A stretch of DNA of 64,000 nt from Antedon mediterranea (taxonomy: Eukaryota > Animalia > Echinodermata), in NCBI RefSeq assembly GCF_964355755.1, contig NC_092674.1:930001-994000 (forward strand). The letters are read 5' to 3'. Of the stretch, positions 12,601 to 24,880 are shown piece after piece (the first letter of the stretch is position 1; every line of letters begins with the position of its first letter). Under the pieces are notes generated by a model. The model did no database searches and was not told the DNA's origin. It worked only from the letters and a program-made list of their open reading frames with translations. A program made the translations under genes and the position numbers.

Positions 12601-15600
12601 TGTTGAGATATGTTATTATACTTCAAAAGTCTAATAATCAGCATATAAAAAGAATTAAAATGAATGAAAATAGCTGCCAACACTAAACTATATATAGCCT
12701 TCATAAAATATGTAGAACTTGCTATCAAAATATGTGCCATATATATATATATATATATGCATTATTACTCTTTAATCTAACTTCTTTCTATCATTTCTTG
12801 TTGTAGGAACTCCAAATTTACCCAACAAACTCGACAGAAGTCACAGTAATTCTAGCACATCTTTGACTAGTACTGTGACCAATGGATCTGCTGTCCCCTT
12901 CCTCGAAAAAGATGACACGCGCCCGGGCAGCATGAGGTCAAAATCTGTTGTCATGTTTGATCGATTGGCAGAAACTGAAATTAAAGATCTACTTATCTGT
13001 CTTCTTTCCATTGTCAAGGATATCAATGAAGGTAGAGCATAAATTTCAACTTTAAGGGGTGGTTGTTTAATCTGAAACATGAAATCTCCAATCTGACATC
13101 CATATATTTGATGCAATATTGAAGGATTTCAACACAATTTTACATGATTTTACTTTATTATTATATATAAGGTAATACACATTACACTGTAGCTGATTAC
13201 AAATCATATAAAACAATGTTCGATTTTCTTCTATATTTAATTGGACTGTTTATTGTTTTTTTTCAGAGGTGATGCTTGGCTGGTGGGCACAGGCGTCAGA
13301 AGATGATACTCTGCAATTTTTTGAATTAATGATGTAAGTAATGACTAAATTAATTGAGTGATGGTATTTAAAAGTTTTATCCAGTTTTTAGTCTGGTACT
13401 GGCGTAGCCCTCTTAAACCATAGGAAGAAGATGGGTGTTGAACTTATTATGTACTGCAAGTACCATACAGACAGACTCTAATACTGCAGGCCTATAATCC
13501 CTATTTAAAGCTCTGTGTACAATGTAAAAAAAATGTGATGTTTCCAAATATGGTAGTGATATGACATCATCATGTCAATATATGGACACATCACATTTTT
13601 TTGTGTAGACATTTGTTAATGTTATGATTTATATTGTAAAATATGTACATGTTGCCTTACAGGACTTGTTTATTTCACTTCCGATACATTGGCAAAAAAC
13701 AGATCATTTCAGCAAGGTAGGTTTCAATTATGGTACTTAGATTTTGTAAACATTATTTTATTGTAGCATTCTGTTACAAGGTTGACAAAACTCAATCAAT
13801 AACTTGTCAAATAAATTTAAGTTTATAAACCATAAATTTAAATATTCGGGAGTATTTTATTTAACTTAATCGTTTTGTGACATTTTTATAGTTAGTTACT
13901 CTTTTATTAATTCAATTCCACTTTATTTAACCATGGTTGTTCTTCCATTAACACATCAAACTATTGTAGTTTATCATAATTAAATATTAACTCAAAATTA
14001 AATTATGCAAATCTCCTAATTACATCAAACTACTCGGCAACATTTGAAATATAATTTTGTTTGTAAAAATAATTTTCAAAAAAAAACATAATAATGAACA
14101 TTCCATGATAACCTTATACGCTCTTGCTTCCTCTAGTAATAAGATAATCCAAAATGCTAATTCAGTCAACTCTCTCAATACGGCACTTTCTGAAAATCGG
14201 AAAAACTCCAAAATTGCATTTTATTCTGAAAACCAGACATATTAGGCCAGCCGATTGGTGTCTTGTATTGGGAGAATTAAACCTTTTGTTTTGCATATTA
14301 TTATTTCAACCATTTGCTTGCTATCATTACCAGGCCGTTCACCAGAAAATTGCACAAAAGCTGCTTTGCTGGTTACTCATACACAATGTAGGAAGTATTA
14401 GCATGCACAAGTAATTTGCATGAAATTTGCATAATGATACATGTGGAGAATTGGGCTGAATGGTTTTGGAAAATTAGACTGTCTAACCTTAATTTAATTA
14501 TTTTGAATAATTAGAATAAAAAACAGATAAAATATTCATTACATATTCAAAATTTGCATGATAAAATGTTTGATATTCCTCCTCTCCCCCAGGCCCCCCC
14601 CCCTTCTCCCCTCCCCACTCTATCTAACTTAAATGCATCTTGTACATGACCATTTGTCTATTTATTTGAAATGTGAATGTCTTTTATAGTATATATTAAA
14701 CCATTTATGTTTATGAAGCTCTGAAACTCTCTAAATTTGGTGTAGGTTATTATATTATTAGTTAAAGTTAGATATATTTTGCACTAAAATAATATCTTAT
14801 ATTCTTTATAAAATATATTTAACAATCTTAATTTATGGCATTTCTGCTGGATTATGGTATTTTAATATGTTAGTAATGTCAAAGGTTAAAGGTTAACATG
14901 TTTAGATTGAAGGTAGATTCACACCTAATACAAATTTGGTTCGGTATTGCTAACAAAATAAAACAAGAAATGAATGTTGGATCAATGTTGGGTTTGGTGT
15001 GAATGCAACTTTAAACCTGACCTTAAGAGGGACCATGTCAAAATTATTGTACTGCAGTTACTGCAGTAGTAACTTTTTAACAGTAACGTATGATTTAGGT
15101 TTTTTCAATGTAATATAGTTTATTGGTCACTGCAATAAAAAAACAGTGTGTATAATTATCCAAGAATTACTTGTAATAATTGCATAAATTGGTTTAGAAA
15201 GAGTAAACAAACTGTCGTACTGTACTGCAGTAACTGCAGTAATTCATTTTGACATGGTCTGTGAGACTATATAGTTACACTTACTTGATAGTTGCACAAT
15301 TAACATTATTCATTCATTGTTTATATTTTCTTTTATGATTTTGTCATCTTGATCAAATCCTTTCCAATGGTAAGCCTATCGACGTCTGCATGTTAGATTA
15401 TCATTGTTTGGTATTCTTGTGTTTGTTTTAACTAACTTTTTCAACTAAGTTCTTTACAAGATAATATCTTGATCTTTATTTGCAGTGAAGATGTTGCCAA
15501 TTCAAAATGAACATTTAAACTGCACACAAACTACTGTAGTGTGTATTGTGGTTTTCAATAAGTTTTAAATATTTATTACATTGTTTCAAGAGGTACCCAC

Positions 15601-18600
15601 TTCTGTGTTGTGCCATTGACTTGTGGTTTCCTATTGGGCTATTTGCCAAATTTTTAATAAATAATAAATATTATAAATTTTACACTTGGTATATTGGTTT
15701 CTGCTTCTGCCATTTAAGCCATGTTCGGTAACTTTCCTGGTTACAGCTCTATAAATGATACGTATTTCCAAATTTGCTATATCCAAATTTTCCAAATACC
15801 AGAAGATAAATTGAATCATACACAATAATAGATGATGGAGGAGGACTATGGCAGCACAGTATACGATAGAAAGACTCAATTGCTACTTTTCAGTTATTCT
15901 AACACCCTCATTCCCTCGTCAATAGCTAATCTGCCTTAAGGATCTTTCACACCTGTTCAGGCACGCTTTCGGTCCGGCACCGGAAGATCAAATCGAACAT
16001 CAAAGTTTTGTTTTAATGACACTTCACGTTGCTATGCACCAGTCAATATGCGCGTAGCCGCATGAAAACAAAATATTTACGTTTTAATTTACCGGAGCTG
16101 GACTGGAACTGTGGCAGAGCAGATGTGAAAGATGCTTTATTCCATGATTTATATTTTTTCTGCTATGTAAACATTGATTAAACGTAAACTGCATGATGTC
16201 TATTTGCTAGCAAAACTATTACTGTTGTTGAGTTAATGTATGCTATCATACAAAGTGACATTGAATGCTGTGCTCTCTGTCTTCTTTTGAAAATCATTTG
16301 CTAAAACTATGTTTCATTCATTACTATTGTTCTTTTTGCAATGCGAGCTTTATTATTGTAAATCTGCTTTATTTGTTAGGTCAAAGTTCATTACTAATGA
16401 ATGTGAATATTTTAGCATCTATAAATTACTGTTGAATTCCTTCTGTTCTTACTCTGTATATCCAATTTTTTAAACAAAAAGAATTTTATTTTTAAAATAC
16501 AAAAAATTCAAAATATCACCGCTTAATTTAATGATTTTAATTTGTCTTATTTCAGGTTTCGCGAAAAATCTAGCTGGAATGAAGAAAAGAGTAAAACATT
16601 ACCTGCTCAGAGACAGCGCCCTCTAGTTACACGTTCAGTCGCCGCAATTGACACAAGTTCATGTAAGTTATTGTTTATAATCTTGTTTTTTTTCTAAATG
16701 TGATATAAGAATCCTACATCTTGTTAATTTAATTCCAAACGTTTGTTTTACTACTTTTGCAGCAGCAACATTTCTTCCACTCACCGATACCGAAGCAAGT
16801 CAAAGAGCAGTTCTTGAGGCAAACATGTCCCATGAAGTTGGTCTCATTGTCTTAGACGTTCTTGGACAGTATTGTATGAATTTTAAGGTAAATAGAAAAA
16901 CAAGATTAGAAGATTCTAACTAATTATTTATACACTACCAAATTTGTGTAACCAAAAAAAATGTGTTGTGCCTATATATGGACATGATGATGTCATATCA
17001 CTACCATATTTGGGCATATCACTACCATAATTGGCACATTTTCAAACTAGTTTGATAATGTAGGCAGAGCTACAAGGTCATGATGACATCATATCATTAC
17101 CATATTTAGGAACGTCACACTTTTTTTTATAGTGTATACAGAGCCTTAAGTGTTGCAAATAAACTAAATAGTTCACAATTGTATTTAAACTAAACTTTTT
17201 TTAAATGTTGTTGCAGAACCAACTTGATGCTAATGATGGTGATAACCCATTAATGCTGAAAGTGAAAGAGATATTTATAACTATCCTGCAATTTGGCCAA
17301 TCAGAGACACTGTACAAGCACACATTTGCATCATTAAGGGCATTAGTAAATAAGGTAAAGTATACTCATAAATACATTCTAATCTTTTACCAATTCCAAA
17401 TTGTGGAAAGTGAAAATGCTTACATCAATATCCTTCTACTAGCAGTTTTAATATACTTACCATCCTTAGATGAGAGCGCATCTTATTGTAAATAGTGAGT
17501 ACAGTGTATTTTTACATTATGTTACTTTCAATGGGCCAGTGGCCATATTCACCATTCACACTTAGGATACAGGAAACACTTCCTTAAGGGAAAATCTTCT
17601 ATCTAAGTTAGTACAATTTAAGGGAAGTACTTATTTATTGAGTTAAGTGAAATACTAAGGGAAATATCTAAGTGTTATTGGTAAATATGGCCACAGAGAT
17701 TCTGAAATAAAATAATGAATGAATATAGCTTATATATATTGCATATGAAAACTACATTAATAACTTTTGCCTATTTAAAGAATTTTAAAATCATTCCGTT
17801 TTTTAAATAATAATTTTATCTAATTATTTCTATATTTTAGTATTAAAATTCAAAATAACTTTATTTTACTTACAGTTTCCAATTGCCATGTTCAAAGGCA
17901 GTTCAACATTGGTTGGTGATTTGTGTGTGGAGATTCTTAAGTGTTGTAATTCACGTGTTCCATCAACACGCAATGAAGCATGTGCATTGCTCTACCTTCT
18001 GATGAGGAGTAACTTTGAGTTTACTGGCCGCAAGGAATTTGTCAGAGTTCATTTACAGGTTGGTTAAGGCCTGAGTCACACTTACAAAAATCTAACTTAC
18101 TAGTCCTTGAGTACAAACATGTGAGATTGAGTTTTCGATATCATAACATAACAATATTACGGCCAATTTACACAGATGAGCGTTAACGGTAAGCTTGTCC
18201 CACATAGAAACTGTGTCTATCCTGCGTTTTGTGTAAATGGTCATAACAAAGAACATAAATTCTATATTTTTCTTTTTCACCAATGTTACCATTTGTCAGT
18301 GTAAATTGGCCTTTAGACTATTTCAAGACTTTGTTTCAGTCGTTCTTCAAATTATGACATCTATACTTTTTGTTTGTAGGTGATAATAGCAGTATCAAAG
18401 CTAATATCTGATGCTGACAGTGGCCGCTTCCAGGAGTCACTGGCAATTGTGAATAATTATGCCAACAATGACAAAGCAATGCAGGTATATAGTGTTTTGT
18501 ACAATAAAATAGCATAAGAAATGATATAATTTAAACGGAAGGTACTGAAATACAATGCTGTGGGTATCAGTGGCCTGAATGTGTGGATCGCAATGGCGAG

Positions 18601-21600
18601 ATACAAAATAAAATAAGCAAAAAGTTAAATGAAAGCAGTAAAGTAAAACAACTAGAAAGAAAGTGTCAATATTATTCTTCTATTTAGGAGCAAACTTCAT
18701 AGTTGAAGGCTACTGCTCCACTGGCTATAGCTGGTGCAATTCCATTTCCACTTGTTTTGTTGGCATACAGTGTGTGGCCCATATAAAAAATATATTATTA
18801 TATCTCTCTTTCTACAGAATTCTCACTTCCCCTCACAAGTTCGTGACCTAACCAAGAAAATTAGGACGGTCTTGATGGCAACAGCACAGATGAAAGAGCA
18901 TGAAAATGACCCAGAGATGTATGTAGATCTGCAGTATAGTCTGGCCAAGTCTTATTCCAGTACGCCAGAGTTAAGGAGAACCTGGTTGGAAAGTATGGCA
19001 GAAACGCACAACAAACATGGCAACTATTCTGAGGTATACAAATGTCTTAATTCTCTCAAAATATCTGATCTTTTTGTTACTATTCCCACTCAATATTCAT
19101 AATAAACATTAAAATGACATACTTTGTAACGTTTATATTTTTTATTTTAGATTATAAAAGGATCCTAATAGAAATAGGCTAATAAGCTTTTTGGGCAATC
19201 CTGGAAAATCTTTTATAAATGTATTTATTTGTAATGTCAATAAATTATTGTTGTATTCTGATTGTTGTTTAAACTATAGGCTGCGTTTTGCTACATCCAC
19301 ATTGCTGCGATATTAGCTGAGTATTTAAAACGAAAAGGTGTCTACCCAAAAGGATGTTCTGTGTTCAAGTCGATCTCGGCCAATGTAGAAGAGGATGAGA
19401 AAGGGGTGAAGGATGATGGTGGGATGCAGGATGTACAGTATACAGAGGTAAGTAAGAAATGGCTGCACATCAAGGAATTAATGGTTGAATTTACCTGAAT
19501 GTCTCCTGTATCAAACAGATTGGCTACATCAGTAATGTAGTAGAGAAGATAAAGAGTGTCTGTAGCAGAGATCTAAAGCTCTGTCTACACTATCGAACTT
19601 TATGTGACCATATATATATGAACATGATGACATCATGTCACTACCAAATTTGGGCACACTTTTTTTGTCACATAAAGTTTGATAGTGTATTAGTATTAAA
19701 ATATGCATGTACATTTAAGTGGTGTATGTGGAAATTGAATTTTGAAAAAAAAAAGAGGTTCAAAGAGTATAAACAACATTTTAATACCAAACCATTCTAA
19801 TTTTTCAAATATATGTAAATGTACTTTCTTTTACAATAGGAGCATTTTGTAGATCAGTTGGAAAAAATTACAAAAGCATTAGAGAAAGCCGAGAGGTTTG
19901 AGCTGATTGGTGAGGTGTACAAGTTGGCTATTCCGTATTATGAGGCTCAGAGAGATTTTACTGTAAGTAAATTTTGAATGAAAAAGTAATTTAATAAAGA
20001 CTCAATAGAGTGTACTGTAAGTAAATGATATATTTTATTAATATACATTTATTTTGAATGAACAAATAAATTATTAAAAAAAACAATAAGGACTCAACAG
20101 ACCATTTTGTAATGTTTTTTACTGTTTTCCGTTTGTAGGGCCTAGCAGCAGCATACGGCCATTTACATCAAGCTTACCAAACTGTCTTAAAGGTTATGAT
20201 GTCACAGAAACGATGGCTAGGAAATTACTATCGAGTTGCTTTCTTTGGAGCAATGGTAAGCGCATTCGTGTTTAGTGCAGCTCTACCCATTCATTGTGCT
20301 GTTAAGTTACTTTAGTGAGAATCAAATTTAAATATGTGATATATTAATAAGAATCGTACTGTTTGTAAAATAAAAAATAGGTAAACAAAATATTTTTTGT
20401 ACTAAATACTTTTGATATACCATTCTGTCACTATCACTGTTATTTAATATTAGCCTCAAAAATAATATGATTGCTTGTTTTATTTGTTAGTATTTTGGTG
20501 CAGATGACGGTAAACAGTACATTTATAAGGAGCCCAAAGTGACAGGTCTTGTAGACATCTCACAGCGTCTAGTTAGTCTTTTTGGAAACAAATTTGGTGT
20601 TGATAATGTGGAGTTAATTCGAGACTCGGGCAAGGTATTTAATGCTTAATTCATCTTTCCACAAATATTCAATTAAATGGCCTCTTCAGACTGTTCTCCC
20701 AGAGGGCCCGTTATGATCAGTGGCTGTGATGTACTAGTACACCACGGTAACCCCCTACCCCTTCTTTAAAGTGCACAGAGCTAGATGTGTACAATAAAAT
20801 GGTTTATAGAAGACATGTTCTACAACCAGAACCATGGTGCGTGTCAGCCTCGAACCCTTGTCGATGTTATGGCTACGTAACTACGGTTCCACTGTTTTAA
20901 CCGCTTGGCCACTCACTAAAGAAAGATACAGAAGTAAGACTGCTTAAATTTGCATTGTACATGTACAATGTTGATACGATGAAATAAAGAGCGCACACAT
21001 GACTCATTTCAGCACATCTGATTGGCTACATCCTTGAACCCATGTTATAATGAATTATAAATTATTTCTTAGGTTGACCAATCAAAGTTAGATGACAAAA
21101 TTGCATACATCCAAATATCATTTGTGAAACCGTACTTTGATGACAAGGATCTTGAAGAACGAAAGACAGAATTTGAACGATCAAACAATATTCGCCGTTT
21201 TGTCTTTGAGACGCCTTACACCAAAGGAGGCAAGGCACATGGATCAGTGGACCAACAATGTATGCGTAAAACAATTCTGACAAGTAAGTGTAAAGTTTAA
21301 ACTTGAAGTTTCTAATAATTATAAGTGTTTTTAAACAAACTTACAGCACAAATTCAACAAAATTGAATTCACAAATTGAATTTTCATTTCACGTGTATTC
21401 ATCATATTCATCACTATTTGTTTAAAAAAAATCAGTTTTACTATTTACCAGCACGTATGCACTATTTACCAGCACGTATGCACTATTTACCAGCACGTAT
21501 GCACTTTCATTTAAATTATATTCATGTTTTTAGTCCTTATTACCAAGTCCTCATTGGGAACCAATGTAAGACATAGAATTTGGTGATTTTTTTCTATAAA

Positions 21601-24035
21601 TTTACAGTTTTGTTGTAAACTATTTAACCCTACATATTATTTAAATATAGCACATTGTCATAAGAAATTAAACATACTAATAAGACAATAAGAATTTGAC
21701 TCTCTAAATGCATATTTTTGTTTGGACAGCCTCACACACATTCCCTTACGTGAAGAAACGTATCAAAGTGATGTACGAGAACCACCAAGAACTGAGCCCA
21801 ATACAGGTTGCCATAGATGAAATGAACACAAGAGTAAAAGAACTGCAACAGGTCACCTCAAAGATATCTCCTGACATCAAAGGACTTCAACTCAAACTTC
21901 AGGGTAGCGTCAGTGTTCAGGTAAAATTGTGTTTAATTGATTTAATAACTAAAGTTCTATCAACACTATCAAACTAGTTTGATGACTCAAAGAGTGTGAT
22001 GTGCCCAAATATGGTAGTGATATGATATCATCATGTCCATATGGGTACATCACATTTTTTTGCAACATAAGATTTGATTGTTTAGACAGAAGTTTAGAAA
22101 TCGCTTTAAGTTCTGGTTTTTAGGAAAAATGAATTAAGATTTATTGGTCTTTTCGAAATTCATGTCGGACTTCATCGCTCAAAAAAAATATTTTTAAAAC
22201 AAATATACAAACTAAAATACTACAATATGAAAGCTTTTATTATTAGTAGTTATCGTTTGCTATGATTTGCTAGGTGAACGCTGGGCCAACTGCATATGCA
22301 GCAGCCTTCTTCGGCAAAAACCAGGAGAAGAACTGGTCTAGTCAACATGTATGGGAACTAAAGCAGGTTTTCAAGTAAGACTAATTTAATTTTTAATTTT
22401 TTATGCATTTACCTAATTTCTCTTTTTAAACATAGTAGAACCCTTCCTTTCAAATACCCAATTTCGGATACACCCATTGAGATACCTCCTTTGAGACACC
22501 CCCATTGAGGGAACACTTTTCTGTGAAATGAATGAAGAGTGGTATGTTTTAACATGATGGCCAACTCCTATTAAAGAGTCTTCCCTAATAAATGGGACAT
22601 TGCTTATTTTCCATACACATCTTACAATAAGTCTTGAGCACTCTTAAGTAGTATGTGTGCTATAGAAATCCATATTATTATTATTATAATATACTTTTTC
22701 CTTGCAGATATTTCTTGATTGCCTGTTCGGAATGCCTTGATGTAAATGCTAAATTAGTGAAATCCGATCAGTTTGAATACCACGAGAAAATGAAGAATAA
22801 CTTTGAAGAAATGGTACAACATATATCAGAACTGGTTGGTGAAAATGTAAGTAGCATTATAATTATTATACAGTATATACGTAGGAAATTGGAATTTGGT
22901 AACCTTGAATTTGCTACTTTTGTGTAATTGTTTTAGTTGGTTGCGACCTTTGAACTCAGGAATTGAAGTTCCTACTGTTAATGTAGGTATCAATAGTTTA
23001 GTTTGAACTAAGGAGTTAAAGTTGGTATATTAATTTTGTAATGATAGTTTTAGTTGGTTACGACCTTTGAACTCAGAGTTGAAGTTCCTACTGTTAATGT
23101 AGGTATCAATAGTTTAGTTTGAACTAAGGAGTTAAAGTTGGTATATTAATTTTGTAATGATAGTTTTAGTTGGTTACGACCTTTGAACTCAGAGTTTAAG
23201 TTCCTACTGTTAATGTAGGTATCAATAGTTTAGTTTGAACTAAGGAGTTAAAGTTGGTATATTAATTTTGTAATGATAGTTTTAGTTGGTTACGACCTTT
23301 GAACTCAGAGTTTAAGTTCCTACTGTTAATGTAGGTATCAATAGTTTAGTTTGAACTAAGGAGTTGAAGTTGGTATATTAATTTTGTAATGATAGTTTTA
23401 GTTGGTTACGACCTTTGAACTCAGAGTTTAAGTTCCTACTGTTAATGTAGGTATCAATAGTTTAGTTTGAACTAAGGAGTTAAAGTTGGTATATTAATGT
23501 AGTTAATGATAGTTTTAGATGTTTGTGACCTTTGAACTCAGAAGTGAAGTTGGTATATTAATGTAGTTAATGATAGTTTTAGATGTTTATGACCTTTGAA
23601 CTCAGAAGTAAGGTTGGTATATTAATGTAGTTTAATATGATAGTTTTAGTTGGTTGCGACTGTTGAGTTTTAATGAAAAGATGGTTCTAGTCTATTAAAA
23701 CACTTGAACTCTTAAGTAGGTAAGTAAGTACAGTAATATAGGTAAATGTGGTGTTATTGGATATACCCTAATGTATAGTTGTGTATTGTTTATTGTTAGT
23801 TATAATCCTTGAACTATTAAGTTGAAGTATACAGATAAGTAGTATTAATGCTATTTTCACTTATCTCAATGACAAATCAAAATGTACTAATTCTGATGGA
23901 TCAATCGCTCTTGTATTTTTGAAAATGAATGATTTCTTTCAGGTTTTGGAAGAGCTTCCATCGATGAAGAGAAAGTCTTCAGCAAGTCAGGTGTTCAGTG
24001 TAATAAGTGATTCAACTGGTAATATAGGTTATTGA
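6690..24035 (+). CDS. DOCK9: Dedicator of cytokinesis 9/10/11-like (DOCK-D/zizimin) GEF, 3' part including the DHR-2 domain; 5' exons lie upstream of the window
   Basis: GT-AG exons joining in one frame: 6690-6868, 7145-7400, 12807-13031, 13267-13333, 13663-13716, 16556-16662, 16763-16887, 17217-17354, 17876-18058, 18380-18484, 18818-19033, 19280-19447, 19840-19962, 20139-20255, 20491-20634, 21073-21283, 21730-21920, 22274-22374, 22708-22846, 23943-24035 (TGA). Peptides [69 protein letters not shown] and [17 protein letters not shown] (DHR-2 catalytic Val region) are characteristic of DOCK9/10/11. Confidence 0.96.
8696..11382 (+). CDS. Candidate DOCK cassette exon cluster 2 (four phase 1-1 exons)
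   Basis: 8696-8779 (84 nt, [27 protein letters not shown]); 9716-9742 (27 nt, [14 protein letters not shown]); 10175-10255 (81 nt, [26 protein letters not shown]); 11251-11382 (132 nt, [43 protein letters not shown]). All are frame-preserving between exons 7145-7400 and 12807-13031. Confidence 0.65.
10506..10665. mobile_element. PIF/Harbinger-like MITE family A (TIR AGCTCTGTCTACACTATCAAACT)
   Basis: ~150-bp element with internal atcactaccatatttgggc repeats; other copies or fragments at ~13509-13610, 16930-17147, 19578-19690, 21952-22095, 41062-41219, 45895-46022, 48477-48597, 52105-52252. Confidence 0.85.
15031..15259. mobile_element. MITE with TIR gaccatgtcaaaat and subterminal tactgcagt repeats
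   Basis: gaccatgtcaaaattattgtactgcagttactgcagta ... tactgcagtaactgcagtaattcattttgacatggtc; related fragment near 54885-54912. Confidence 0.7.
15719..15727 (+). CDS. Candidate 9-nt DOCK microexon (phase 2-2; changes ..ISAR|FREK to ..ISASHVR|FREK)
   Basis: tttctgcttctgccatttaag|CCATGTTCG|gtaact; two TGC motifs in the pyrimidine tract; matches the phase-2 intron 13717-16555. Confidence 0.5.
15939..16136. mobile_element. Harbinger-like MITE (TTA TSD)
   Basis: tta|AGGATCTTTCACACCTG...CAGATGTGAAAGATGCT|tta; 15/17 TIR identity. Confidence 0.7.
17537..17696. mobile_element. MITE with TIR gtggccatattcacca
   Basis: cagtggccatattcaccatt...ttggtaaatatggccacag; diverged copy at ~34912-35052. Confidence 0.65.
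18067..18312. mobile_element. Degenerate Harbinger-like MITE (TTA TSD)
   Basis: tta|aggcctgagtcacact...agtgtaaattggcct|tta. Confidence 0.55.
20678..20915 (-). mobile_element. tRNA-derived SINE
   Basis: Minus strand: A-box tggccaagcggttaa, B-box-like ggttcgaggct, followed by a unique body; no complete cloverleaf. Confidence 0.55.
21438..21503. repeat. 21-bp tandem repeat x3
   Basis: actatttaccagcacgtatgc x3; source of the spurious (HYLPARM)n ORF. Confidence 0.9.
22930..23660. repeat. ~116-bp tandem repeat (dimer of ~58-bp subunits) grading into ~60-bp units, in the last DOCK intron
   Basis: tagttggttacgacctttgaactcagag recurs at ~22934, 23051, 23167, 23283 and 23399. Confidence 0.9.
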
Positions 24036-24248
24036 ATGTGTACAGAATAAAAACTGATTCAGATTCTAATAGCAGTATGTCAAAGGTCAAATTAAACGTA
24101 TCGCATCTGCTATATTTTTAATTAATGAATATAGAGTGCCGTGTTCAAAAAGTCACCATTCATACAAAATTATTCAAACTTTGTTTTACCTAAGATAAAT
24201 ATATTAAGTGATCAGATCGTTTGTCGTATAGAGAATTACTTTTGAAGA

Positions 24249-24335
24249 AGTAATTCTCTGACGAGTGGGAGTCGAACCCACGACCTCTAGATCATCAGCG
24301 TGGCATTCATGCCTCTCAACCACCGAGTATTTGCT
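24249..24335 (-). mobile_element. tRNA-like SINE head in the DOCK 3' UTR region
   Basis: Minus strand ctcggtggttgagagg (A-box-like) ... gtgggttcgactcccac (T-arm with B box). Confidence 0.55.
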
Positions 24336-24719
24336 GATGGCTTAAGTTATATTTCTGATTATATTGTATTATAATGATATTCAATACTGATGATAAATTG
24401 CACTAAAAAGTTAAATTATTTTTTTATCTTTTCCCAATATTTTTGTATCTTTATGGGAATTCAAATAAAATCTACTTAATTTTATAAATATTGTGTAACT
24501 AATGATTTTATATTGTAATAGAAACAAATACTTTAGCTGTGTAATTTATTGGAAGGTAGAAAAACATTGAAGAATGCTGTACTCGAAATAATGTACTTAA
24601 TGATGTTTTATAATGTGAAGATCTTGAATAACATATACTGTAGTTGTCACATATGTATTTATGTATATTACATTATGTAACACATGGCTATATTTTACAT
24701 TATGTTATTTGAGTTCACA

Positions 24720-24880
24720 AACCTACCACTTGGACGCGACGTAACCGTACACCTCAGGTGATTTGACCAATCATGATGCGGTGGATCCGATTTGTTGCTT
24801 GTGATTGGTTAACTCACTTGCGCGCATTGCGCATACGTTGTTGCATTATTTTGCGCGTACGTCGTTGCGTTGAATAAGTT
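24720..24880. mobile_element. Palindromic MITE family B with internal ttgaccaatcac..gtgattgg hairpin
   Basis: Related copies at ~10669-10770, ~30890-30990 and ~49515-49643 (the last ends agtgggaactaagct|taa, Harbinger-like). Confidence 0.55.

Noticed and set aside
14137-14245. Possible extra DOCK exon after ctcttgcttcctctag ([16 protein letters not shown]...)
   Set aside because: Good acceptor but no phase-2 GT donor before the stop. It could be a terminal or poison exon but is unsupported. The same applies to acceptors at ~2493, 5353, 9854, 9927 and 15486, which hit stops without a donor.
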